A stretch of 64,000 nucleotides of DNA from Clostridia bacterium. Its GTDB lineage: Bacteria > Bacillota > Clostridia > Oscillospirales > CAG-272. Every line of letters starts with the position of its first letter. The stretch's first letter is position 1. The position numbers and the translations under genes are program-made. The stretch is from assembly GCA_017622085.1 (NCBI GenBank), contig JAGARU010000097.1:23956-87955 (forward strand). Direction: 5' to 3'. The notes beneath the pieces are model-generated. The model was not told the DNA's origin. It saw only the letters and a list, made by a program, of their open reading frames with translations, and made no database searches. Shown one piece after another: positions 57,255 to 64,000 of this stretch.

Positions 57255-57264
57255 TCCGTTTTTC

Positions 57265-58035
57265 TTAATTCTTCTTTTTCTTAAGCCGACCGACTACGGC
57301 ACCGATGCAGGAAACGTCCTGATGATCCTTCAAGAGAATATCCGAGTAATCGGGGTTCAGAGAAATCAGACGATCGCCGCCGAATTTTTTGAAATATCCG
57401 TCGCCGTCCAGCGCGAAAATACCAAGCTCGCCCACGCGCACCTCGGCACCCTGCTTAATGAGCAGAATGTCGCCCTCGTGATAAACGGGCTCCATACTGT
57501 TGCCTCGGATGCGAAGGGTAAAGTCCGCATCCACCGATGCCGGCACGGTGATCTCCTCGTAGCCTGCGTTTTCAAGAAACACGCCCACACCGGCGGAAAC
57601 CGGCAGATCGTACAAGCGGATGCTTCGCTTGCCCGTCTGCTTTTCCACCAGACGAACGGGGGAGAGAACCTTGGCGGTTGCCTTGGAAGAGGCCGCCACG
57701 CCCTCGTAATAAGCCTCGTCTGCACTGAGCTCGCATTCCTTCTCTAACAGCGCCAGAACCGCCTTTTGTCCCCGACGGTCGCAGGCACGGAGCAGCTCCA
57801 GAAAACGGCGCTCCTCTACGCTGATCTCCGAGGCCTCCGTCAGCCCACAGGCCTCGTCAAGGGAAACGGAAAGCGCCCGACAAACCGCCACAGCGGTGGA
57901 AAGCTTGGGGTCCGCACTGTCTCCACTCAGCACCTTGTTTAGGGTGCCAACGGATACGTCGGAGGCCTCCGCCAGCCGTTCGTTGGTCCATTTTTTCTTT
58001 GCCTTTTCCGCCTTTATCCTTTTGATAAATGTCAT
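57265..58035 (-). CDS. CI/LexA-type repressor: XRE HTH + S24 self-cleaving peptidase domain
   Basis: WTNERLAEASDVSVGTLNKVLSG (HTH). LPVSAGVGVF (Ala-Gly site). GNSMEP (Ser), GDILLI, GYFKKF (Lys), IGAVVGRL. ATG 58035. Confidence 0.88.
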   Translation of the reverse strand: MTFIKRIKAEKAKKKWTNERLAEASDVSVGTLNKVLSGDSADPKLSTAVAVCRALSVSLDEACGLTEASEISVEERRFLELLRACDRRGQKAVLALLEKECELSADEAYYEGVAASSKATAKVLSPVRLVEKQTGKRSIRLYDLPVSAGVGVFLENAGYEEITVPASVDADFTLRIRGNSMEPVYHEGDILLIKQGAEVRVGELGIFALDGDGYFKKFGGDRLISLNPDYSDILLKDHQDVSCIGAVVGRLKKKKN

Positions 58036-58077
58036 ATAATCAGCCACTCCTCGGCACGGTTTTTTCGTTACGGCTTT

Positions 58078-58106
58078 ATTATAGCACACGCCCGCCGGTT
58101 TGTAAA
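58078..58106 (-). promoter_or_regulatory. sigma-A type promoter of the repressor gene
   Basis: Reverse strand TTTACA (58101-58106), 17-nt spacer, TATAAT (58078-58083). Confidence 0.65.
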
Positions 58107-58124
58107 GAGGAAAATTTAAAAAAA

Positions 58125-58204
58125 TTACCGAAAATGGTAAAAAACCTCTTGACAATTACCGAAAATGGTGGTAATATGGTGTCACAGATTACCGAAAACG
58201 GTAA
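58125..58204. promoter_or_regulatory. three copies of a 16-bp palindromic operator TTACCGAAAAYGGTRR
   Basis: TTACCGAAAATGGTAA 58125-58140; TTACCGAAAATGGTGG 58156-58171; TTACCGAAAACGGTAA 58189-58204. Start-to-start spacing is 31 and 33 bp. Confidence 0.8.
58149..58177 (+). promoter_or_regulatory. sigma-A type promoter of the divergent 2-TM gene, with an operator filling the spacer
   Basis: TTGACA (58149-58154), 17-nt spacer consisting of operator copy 2, TAATAT (58172-58177). Confidence 0.7.
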
Positions 58205-58221
58205 AAACGGAGGATGAAAAA

Positions 58222-58530
58222 ATGGATGGATATCGCGCAGGAAACCGCAAAAATACAACCTACGGAGGCACTCGCCGAAGCGTGCGTACTGCCCCCGCCC
58301 GCCTTGCTCGCGCGGCCAGATTTTTGGCCGGAATTTTCTCCGCGGACAAAACCGTCAGCGCCTTCCGCTATGCCCTTGTTGCCGCCTCCTTCGTTTTCCT
58401 TCTCAGCGTGGTTGCCGCGATGGAGTCGGGCCTCGTTTCTCTCGGCGCTGGCGTGGTGATCTGTGTATCCATTGGTATTGGATATCTGTTCCTCACCCGT
58501 CACATGGACGAGGATGGGGAAGAGAACTGA
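58222..58530 (+). CDS. small two-TM membrane protein (holin-like topology), basic N-terminus, acidic C-terminus
   Basis: GGAGG lies 8 nt before ATG 58222. TM1 FRYALVAASFVFLLSVVAAM; TM2 LVSLGAGVVICVSIGIGYLFL; tail RHMDEDGEEN. The competing frame 58214..58459 has no usable RBS spacing. Confidence 0.6.
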   Translation: MDGYRAGNRKNTTYGGTRRSVRTAPARLARAARFLAGIFSADKTVSAFRYALVAASFVFLLSVVAAMESGLVSLGAGVVICVSIGIGYLFLTRHMDEDGEEN

Positions 58531-58604
58531 TTCTTAAAAACCCAGAGGTTTTCTCCTTTCATTTTTATACTCAAAGCCGCCTCCAGTCCCTGGGGCGGCT
58601 TTGC

Positions 58605-59495
58605 TTATGAGCGAAAGGCAAGCCCGATGGCGTCAGCAAAAAGCCGTGCACCTTCCGCCACCACCGTGTCGCAGTCTTTTGGGGAGACGAAAAAGCTCTC
58701 TCCGTCGTTCAATAGCGTTGTCAGCGCCTCTCCCTCTGTTGGTAGCTCTGCCTCCGTCAGCGCTTCGTGAATTAGCGCTGAGGCGCTGACCACCGTGGGA
58801 ATGCCGAGAGAGAATACGGGCACTCCCATGGTTTCCCGATCAATGCTCTGCCTGTGGTTGCCAATGCCGGAGCCCGGCATGATCCCGCGGTTGGAAAGCT
58901 GAACCGTCGTTCCCAGCCGATGGCAGGAGCGCGCCGCCAGCGCGTCGATGACTAAGATCAAGTCCGGCTTTGCGCATCTCGCCGCTCCCAGCACCATCTC
59001 TGCCGCCTCAAATCCGGTTTGTCCCACCACACCCGGGGCAATGAGAGAGAGCTCCGCATGGCCGATCAGTCGGAACAGCCGCTGGTCAGCCTCCCGGATG
59101 TGCCGCGTGGCAATCAGACGATCCACCGTCAAGGGCCCGAGAGCATCGGAGGTGATAAACCGGTTCCCAAGCCCCGCTACCAGCAGCTTCAGGTCGCGAA
59201 TTGGCTTGTGAGGCAGGGCACATTCCGCCATTTTTCGTAGGTGCTCCGCCAAGGCCTGTAGAGTGGCCTCGTATTCCTCTGCTCCCTTTAGCCAAAACTG
59301 TCCTGTAAACACCGTTACGTACTGACCTGCCGCCCGACCTGAGCGCCGCTCTCCCTCGCCCGGCGATACCTCGGTCAGCAAAATCTCCGTCCCATGCACG
59401 GTCTTTTCCTCCGTTCGGACCCCGGGTACTCCCTCGCCTCGTACGGGACTTCGCATTTCACAGGCAAGGTCCGTTTTGTCGTAGCTTTTTTTCAT
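58605..59495 (-). CDS. gpr: germination protease (GPR endopeptidase)
   Basis: KTDLACEM ... LLVAGLGNRFITSDALGP ... LIAPGVVGQTG ... LILVIDALAARS ... GIMPGSGIGN. AAGGAG RBS precedes ATG 59495. Confidence 0.88.
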   Translation of the reverse strand: MKKSYDKTDLACEMRSPVRGEGVPGVRTEEKTVHGTEILLTEVSPGEGERRSGRAAGQYVTVFTGQFWLKGAEEYEATLQALAEHLRKMAECALPHKPIRDLKLLVAGLGNRFITSDALGPLTVDRLIATRHIREADQRLFRLIGHAELSLIAPGVVGQTGFEAAEMVLGAARCAKPDLILVIDALAARSCHRLGTTVQLSNRGIMPGSGIGNHRQSIDRETMGVPVFSLGIPTVVSASALIHEALTEAELPTEGEALTTLLNDGESFFVSPKDCDTVVAEGARLFADAIGLAFRS

Positions 59496-59586
59496 GATTC
59501 TCGCTCCTTTGTGATGGCAGAATGTCCAAAATATTTTTCTTATTTTGGTCAAAGTGTTAAAGTTTATTTTGGTTTTTGAAAAATTG

Positions 59587-59615
59587 TTGATTGTGAACAA
59601 ACTTAGTGTTATAAT
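59587..59615 (+). promoter_or_regulatory. sigma-A type promoter (extended -10) of the SBP gene
   Basis: TTGATT (59587-59592), 17-nt spacer ending in TGT, TATAAT (59610-59615). Confidence 0.65.
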
Positions 59616-59682
59616 ACATAAAGAATAATATGTGATATTTCTGCCGTTTGGTGAAAATATCCTGCCAGGAGGACATCAAATT

Positions 59683-61470
59683 ATGAAAAAAATGCTATCG
59701 CTTATCCTTTGCCTTGTCATGGTCATGGGCGCATTCGTTGGCTGTTCCAAGCTTACGTCCGGTGGCGCAACGATCGAGGTTTACTTGACCGAGGCCATTT
59801 ATGACCTTGACCCCGCTCGTGCATATGACGATGCATCTCTTATGAAGATCATCCCTCTCCTCTTTGAGGGTGCTACCAAGATCAATGCAAAGGGTAAAGT
59901 GGAAAAGGCATTGATGGAAAGCTACGAGACCTACATAGATCCCATCACCGACAAGCTCACCTTGGAGATCACCTTGGCCGAGAGCTGGTGGAGCGACGGT
60001 AAGGCCGTACAGTCTGCCGACTTCGCCTTCGCTTGGAAGCGTATTCTGGATCCTTCGGCCAGCTACGGTGCCGCAGCACTTCTCTATGATGTTGAGAATG
60101 CATACGCCGCTAAGAACGGTGACATTTCCATCGACAAGGTTGGTATCAGCTCCCCCTCTACCGACATCGTTAAGATCGTATTCCAGCACAACGACGTGGA
60201 CGTGGATCAGTTCCTTGCGACCCTTGCTTCTCCCGCACTGGTTCCCGTTCGCTCCAATAAGGCGGTTAATACCGACCACTGGGCAAAGCAGCCCTTCTCT
60301 CTGCTTACCAACGGTCCCTTCATGGTAAGAACCCTCGACTATCAGGAAGGCTTCGTATTCGAGCGTAACCCCAACTACCGTTACGATCCCGAGCTTGCCG
60401 ATTCCGACGAGGCTCCCGCTGTTGATACCTACGTAACTCCTTACCGCATCTCCTTCAAGTTTGCTCAGGGCCTTGACCTGGCCGCTATGCTGGCAAACAA
60501 TGAGATCTACTTCATCGGTGAGCTTCCCATGGAAAACCGTGCCGCTTACCTTGCAAACGCAGAGACCGTTTCTACCTACAACACCATGTCTCTTGAGTTC
60601 AACCTGAACAACGCTCTCTTCGCAAACGCAAACGTTCGCCGTGCGCTTTCTCTTGCCGTTGACCGTGAGTACATTGCAAAGCAGGTTCTCCTTATGGGTG
60701 AGGCCGCTACCGGTCTGGTTCCCACCGCAGTGAAGTACGGCTCCACCAAGAAGTCCTTCCGTGATAAGAGCGGCGCGCTGATCGCTACCACTCCTAACGT
60801 ACCGGAGGCTCAGTCTCTTCTTCAGCAGGCCGGCGTGAACGGCGGCTCCTTCACTCTTGCCGTTCGTAACCGCGCAGAGGATGTTGCGGTAGCAAACTAC
60901 CTTGCTTCCGCTTGGGGCGCACTTGGCTTTACCGTAACCGTTAAGGCGGTTGATCCCGTTGAGATCGAGGATCCCCAGTCCAACTACTTCGCAGATACCT
61001 TTACCGAAATGCATGAAAACGGCGAGTTCGACGTCGTTCTCTTCGACTACAGCGCGCTCGGCACCAATGCATCCTCCATGCTTGCTCCCTTTGCAACCGG
61101 TTACTCCGGCAACGGCGTGAACATGGATGATCCTGCCTTCCCGCTTCTTCCTCATGAGTCCGGCTACGTAAGCGATGCTTACACCGCGATCATCAACCGT
61201 GCCTATGCAACCGGTGATGCCGATGCCCGTGACGCGATCATGATCGAGGCAGAGAAGCAGTTGATGGCGGATATGCCCATCGTTCCCCTTGTATTCCTTG
61301 AGGATGCTTACATCGTTCACAAGGATCTGGACAACGTAGTTGTCAATCCCTTCGGCACCGTGTTCTTCACCGCTACCGAGCTCACCACCTGGGAGCCCCC
61401 GGCTGAGGTTAAGCCCGTTGAGACCACTCCCGCAGAGGACGCAGCAGGTGAGGAGACCCCTGCAGAATAA
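59683..61470 (+). CDS. ABC transporter substrate-binding lipoprotein, family 5 (peptide/nickel, OppA-like)
   Basis: Lipoprotein signal MKKMLSLILCLVMVMGAFVGC and SBP_bac_5-like length and layout. The acidic Pro-rich tail is PPAEVKPVETTPAEDAAGEETPAE. Confidence 0.85.
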   Translation: MKKMLSLILCLVMVMGAFVGCSKLTSGGATIEVYLTEAIYDLDPARAYDDASLMKIIPLLFEGATKINAKGKVEKALMESYETYIDPITDKLTLEITLAESWWSDGKAVQSADFAFAWKRILDPSASYGAAALLYDVENAYAAKNGDISIDKVGISSPSTDIVKIVFQHNDVDVDQFLATLASPALVPVRSNKAVNTDHWAKQPFSLLTNGPFMVRTLDYQEGFVFERNPNYRYDPELADSDEAPAVDTYVTPYRISFKFAQGLDLAAMLANNEIYFIGELPMENRAAYLANAETVSTYNTMSLEFNLNNALFANANVRRALSLAVDREYIAKQVLLMGEAATGLVPTAVKYGSTKKSFRDKSGALIATTPNVPEAQSLLQQAGVNGGSFTLAVRNRAEDVAVANYLASAWGALGFTVTVKAVDPVEIEDPQSNYFADTFTEMHENGEFDVVLFDYSALGTNASSMLAPFATGYSGNGVNMDDPAFPLLPHESGYVSDAYTAIINRAYATGDADARDAIMIEAEKQLMADMPIVPLVFLEDAYIVHKDLDNVVVNPFGTVFFTATELTTWEPPAEVKPVETTPAEDAAGEETPAE

Positions 61471-61484
61471 TTTTCGGAGTTAGT

Positions 61485-61521
61485 AAATTCCGGGGCTGCC
61501 CTTGGCAGTCCCGGAATTTTT
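61485..61521 (+). terminator. rho-independent terminator of the SBP gene
   Basis: AAATTCCGGGGCTGCC / GGCAGTCCCGGAATTT stem followed by a T-tract. Confidence 0.8.
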
Positions 61522-61560
61522 CCCCACATGCATCCTAAATATGTCGAAAGGGGCGTAAAT

Positions 61561-62112
61561 ATGCAGATCCCAATTACAGATAAAAATGAAATAAAGATAT
61601 TCGTGCTCTATCTGATGAAAAACGTCGGTATGGAGCTGGATTTCAACAATGTGAGCGATATCGTCATTCAGGACAATGTGGTGAGCTACTTCGATTTTGC
61701 AATCTGCTTTGCTGAGTTGGTTGAGGCCGGCCACGTGTTGGTGGACAAGAACGAAAACGGGGTAGAGATGTACCGCGTATCCCCCACCGGTGCTGAGGTG
61801 GCGGATGAGCTTTCCAGCTCGATTCTGTCTAACATCCGGGAGATCTCTCTCCAGAACGCCAAGCGGCACCTTTCCTTCCAGCGCATCGGCGCCTCGGTGG
61901 ATTGCCACAGCGAGGACGTAGGAGACGGAAAATACCGCGTGACCTTCGAGATCCGACAGAAGGACGGCGGCGATTTCCGTATTTCCGTTATGGCAGATTC
62001 CAAGCAAAACCGGGATCGGATGATGCTTAATTTCAAGCGTCGACCGGACGTTGTGTACCGTGGCACTCTGGCTCTCTTGTCCGGAGACGTCAATTACATC
62101 TTTGAACCCTGA
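61561..62112 (+). CDS. DUF4364 family protein
   Basis: MQIPITDKNEIKIFVLYLMKNVG ... winged-helix-like N-terminus. The family call is from memory only. Confidence 0.55.
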   Translation: MQIPITDKNEIKIFVLYLMKNVGMELDFNNVSDIVIQDNVVSYFDFAICFAELVEAGHVLVDKNENGVEMYRVSPTGAEVADELSSSILSNIREISLQNAKRHLSFQRIGASVDCHSEDVGDGKYRVTFEIRQKDGGDFRISVMADSKQNRDRMMLNFKRRPDVVYRGTLALLSGDVNYIFEP

Positions 62113-62192
62113 GTTTTTCGTGTGGAATTGTAAAAAACCGACAAAATATCCGCGCTAAACTTGGATTTTTTTGAGAAAATATAGAAAAGGCT

Positions 62193-62258
62193 ATTGACAA
62201 CCTTCAAAATCGTGCTATAATGATCTTGTGCGATTGTGAGATTTTGTAGGTTGTCAAT
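62193..62258. repeat. 18-bp inverted repeat bracketing the sigma-factor promoter
   Basis: ATTGACAACCTTCAAAAT (62193-62210) versus ATTTTGTAGGTTGTCAAT (62241-62258); 17 of 18 positions are complementary. Confidence 0.75.
62194..62221 (+). promoter_or_regulatory. sigma-A type promoter of the sigma-factor gene
   Basis: TTGACA (62194-62199), 16-nt spacer, TATAAT (62216-62221). Confidence 0.65.
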
Positions 62259-62276
62259 CGTCATTTGTGAGGCAAA

Positions 62277-62834
62277 ATGAGTCATGTTTCGGAATTGATC
62301 AAGAAGGTAAGAGGCGGCGACCAAGCAGCTTTTGAAGCCTTATCAAAGCATTATTCTCCCTTGATCCTCAGTATGACCCAGCTCTACAGCTCCCTGTGCG
62401 AGGCCGACGAGACGGAAAAGGAGGACATCCTTCAGGAGGCAATGGTTGCCTTCTACCGCGCCAGCCTTCGCTATGACCTTGCCTCTACGGAGGTCACCTT
62501 CGGCCTTTACGCCAAGGTCTGCATCCGCAATCGACTGATCTCCTTCTGGCGGCGTATGCCCGATCGCAAGAACTTTTCAGAGCTTAGCGAGCTGGAATCC
62601 CGCTTGAACGGTAGCTCCCCGGATCCCTTGGAGGGCATCCTGCAAAGGGAAGACGTATCCCGCATGCTGGCGATCGTCAACAATGAATTATCCCCTTACG
62701 AGAAAAAGATATTTTCACTCTACATGCTTGGCAGAACATCGGATGAAATCGCTTTGTCGGTTGGCAAAACAAAGAAATCGGTTAGCAACGCCATTTATCG
62801 GATCAGAGTCAAAATCAAAGGGTTACTGAGTTAA
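62277..62834 (+). CDS. sigma-70 family RNA polymerase sigma factor, SigH-like
   Basis: Region 2 (EDILQEAMVAFYRA ... FGLYAKVCIRNRLISFWRR) and region 4 HTH (LSPYEKKIFSLYMLGRTSDEIALSVGKTKKSVSNAIYRIRVKI). The layout and the neighbouring rlmB recall Bacillus sigH. Confidence 0.75.
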   Translation: MSHVSELIKKVRGGDQAAFEALSKHYSPLILSMTQLYSSLCEADETEKEDILQEAMVAFYRASLRYDLASTEVTFGLYAKVCIRNRLISFWRRMPDRKNFSELSELESRLNGSSPDPLEGILQREDVSRMLAIVNNELSPYEKKIFSLYMLGRTSDEIALSVGKTKKSVSNAIYRIRVKIKGLLS

Positions 62835-62969
62835 CTTGGTATTAAAACGCAATGCGTTTTGATCATATAAGCCCATATAGCTTAAAAAAGAGCGTTGTTA
62901 TCAAAGGTGGCGGTTGAAATCCGCCTGAGGGCAAAATCCAATCCTATTTTACAAAGCGAGGAAGAAAAG

Positions 62970-63248
62970 ATGTACCAGGACAAGACATTGAAGTGCAAAG
63001 AGTGCGGAGCAGAGTTCGTTTTCACTGCAGGTGAGCAGGAATTCTACGCAGAGAAGGGCTTCCAGAACGAGCCTCAGAGATGCAAGGCGTGCAGAGATGC
63101 AAGAAAGAACGCCGGCAAGGCTCAGAGAGAAATGTTCGACGCCGTATGCGCAAATTGCGGTAAGGAAGCAAAGGTTCCCTTCCAGCCCAACAACGACAGA
63201 CCTGTATACTGCAGCGAGTGCTTTGCTGCAATGAAGGATCAGAAGTAA
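62970..63248 (+). CDS. zinc-ribbon protein (two CxxC...CxxC units)
   Basis: CKECGAEFVFTAGEQEFY...CKAC and CANCGKEAKVPF...VYCSEC. GAGGAAG RBS precedes ATG 62970. Confidence 0.75.
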   Translation: MYQDKTLKCKECGAEFVFTAGEQEFYAEKGFQNEPQRCKACRDARKNAGKAQREMFDAVCANCGKEAKVPFQPNNDRPVYCSECFAAMKDQK

Positions 63249-63300
63249 TTTTTCCGTTTTACGGAGTTGCTTCCATAAAAGAGTTGTAATTTATGCATAT

Positions 63301-63338
63301 AAAAAGATGCGACACTGCGGTGTCGCATCTTTTTTTGC
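63301..63338 (+). terminator. rho-independent terminator of the zinc-ribbon gene
   Basis: AGATGCGACAC / GTGTCGCATCT stem followed by T7. Confidence 0.85.
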
Positions 63339-63461
63339 GTGAAAATGTAAAAAAATCGAAAATTCTTGTGTACAAAAGGGAAAGTGTGTGTTATAATGGA
63401 GTAGTAAAGCAGTAATATGTAGTATTATGCGCTTTAACCAGATAGAAATTGAGGTTATACC

Positions 63462-64000
63462 ATGAAGAAGAATTACGATCTTCCGGCCGGCTCTGCCGAG
63501 AAGGGTAAGCGGAGCGACCGCGCACCCAAAAAGTTCTCGTCCGGTAAGCCGTCCTATGAGGGTCGCCCGCCGATCCGTCGGGAGGAGAGTGGTCCTGCCG
63601 CAGGAATCATCGTAGGACGCAATGCCGTCCGTGAGTTGCTTAAATCCGACCGGGCGATTGATAAAATTTTGGTTCGACGGGGAGACCGTGAGGGATCGAT
63701 CGTCGTCCTCGTGGCGGAAGCTATCAAAAAGGGAATTCCCGTCATTGAAACGGACGCCGCAAAGCTGGACAGCCTCTCCGGCTCGGAAAACCATCAGGGC
63801 ATCGTTGCCATGGCCGCCGAGAAGGAGTACGTCAGCGTGGACGATATTCTGGCCATTGCCGAGGAGCGGGGAGAAAAACCGCTGATCGTCATTGCGGACT
63901 GCATTGAGGATCCCTATAATTTAGGCGCACTGATCCGTTGCGCGGAGTGTGCCGGCGCACATGGAATTATTGTTCCCAAGCGTCACGCTGTAGGTCTTAC
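63462..64000 (+). CDS. rlmB: 23S rRNA (guanosine-2'-O)-methyltransferase RlmB (SpoU/TrmH family), 5' part only
   Basis: Not in the ORF track because it runs off the window end. Hand translation gives MKKNYDLPAG ... IVGRNAVRELLKSDRAIDKILV ... HQGIVAMAA ... IEDPYNLGALIRCAECAGAHGIIVPK. Confidence 0.85.
   Translation, partial: MKKNYDLPAGSAEKGKRSDRAPKKFSSGKPSYEGRPPIRREESGPAAGIIVGRNAVRELLKSDRAIDKILVRRGDREGSIVVLVAEAIKKGIPVIETDAAKLDSLSGSENHQGIVAMAAEKEYVSVDDILAIAEERGEKPLIVIADCIEDPYNLGALIRCAECAGAHGIIVPKRHAVGL

Noticed and set aside
58214-58459. 81-aa alternative-frame ORF (MKKWMDIAQE...) overlapping the 2-TM gene
   Set aside because: Its ATG directly abuts the GGAGG, so there is no spacer. The product is a Pro/Ala/Ser-rich string without recognisable structure. 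The +1 frame, starting 8 nt after the RBS, gives a coherent 2-TM protein.
53313-58530. Prophage or ICE interpretation of the accessory island
   Set aside because: It has a CI-like repressor, an RHH protein and a holin-like gene. It has no integrase, excisionase, replication, structural, conjugation or lysin genes, and the region is only ~5 kb. At most it is a remnant or domesticated module.
1-64000. CRISPR arrays, rRNA genes, IS elements/transposases, large tandem repeats
   Set aside because: Reading both strands, I saw no regularly spaced 25-40-nt repeats, no rRNA-like conserved blocks and no transposase- or integrase-like ORFs. The only repeats found are the short regulatory ones listed as features.

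Overview
The window looks like chromosomal DNA from a GC-rich, spore-forming Firmicute of the Clostridia (Oscillospiraceae/Ruminococcaceae-like; taxonomy inferred from gene content only). Most of it is conserved housekeeping. It holds ileS with an Ile T-box, glyQS, ptsH, uvrC and rsmD-coaD. A long dcw cluster follows (mraZ-rsmH-ftsL-PBP-murE-murF-mraY-ftsW-murG-ftsQ-ftsZ), then tilS-hpt-ftsH, clpC, wecB-mrnC, a GlpA-like/DUF1667 oxidoreductase trio, hom, coaW, lgt, guaB, an FGGY kinase, gpr, a SigH-like sigma factor and rlmB. One tRNA-Leu(CAA) is present. I found no rRNA, CRISPR array, transposase or integrase. Three loci stand out. (1) A stand-alone tandem-TIR/Sel1/TPR gene (42062-44254) has its own promoter and terminators and abuts the 3' end of the tRNA. 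(2) A visibly AT-richer accessory island (about 53.3-58.6 kb) holds a CI/LexA-type XRE-S24 repressor, three copies of a 16-bp palindromic operator over back-to-back promoters, and a divergent 2-TM holin-like gene. Downstream of the repressor lies a tightly coupled five-gene operon (APH-family kinase, three Cys-rich small proteins, an alpha/alpha-toroid QW-repeat protein). (3) A TetM/TetO-like ribosomal-protection GTPase paralog sits between ftsZ and tilS. Many long ORFs in the track are antisense shadows of real genes in GC-rich DNA and were rejected. All calls come from reading motifs by eye; no database search was run.
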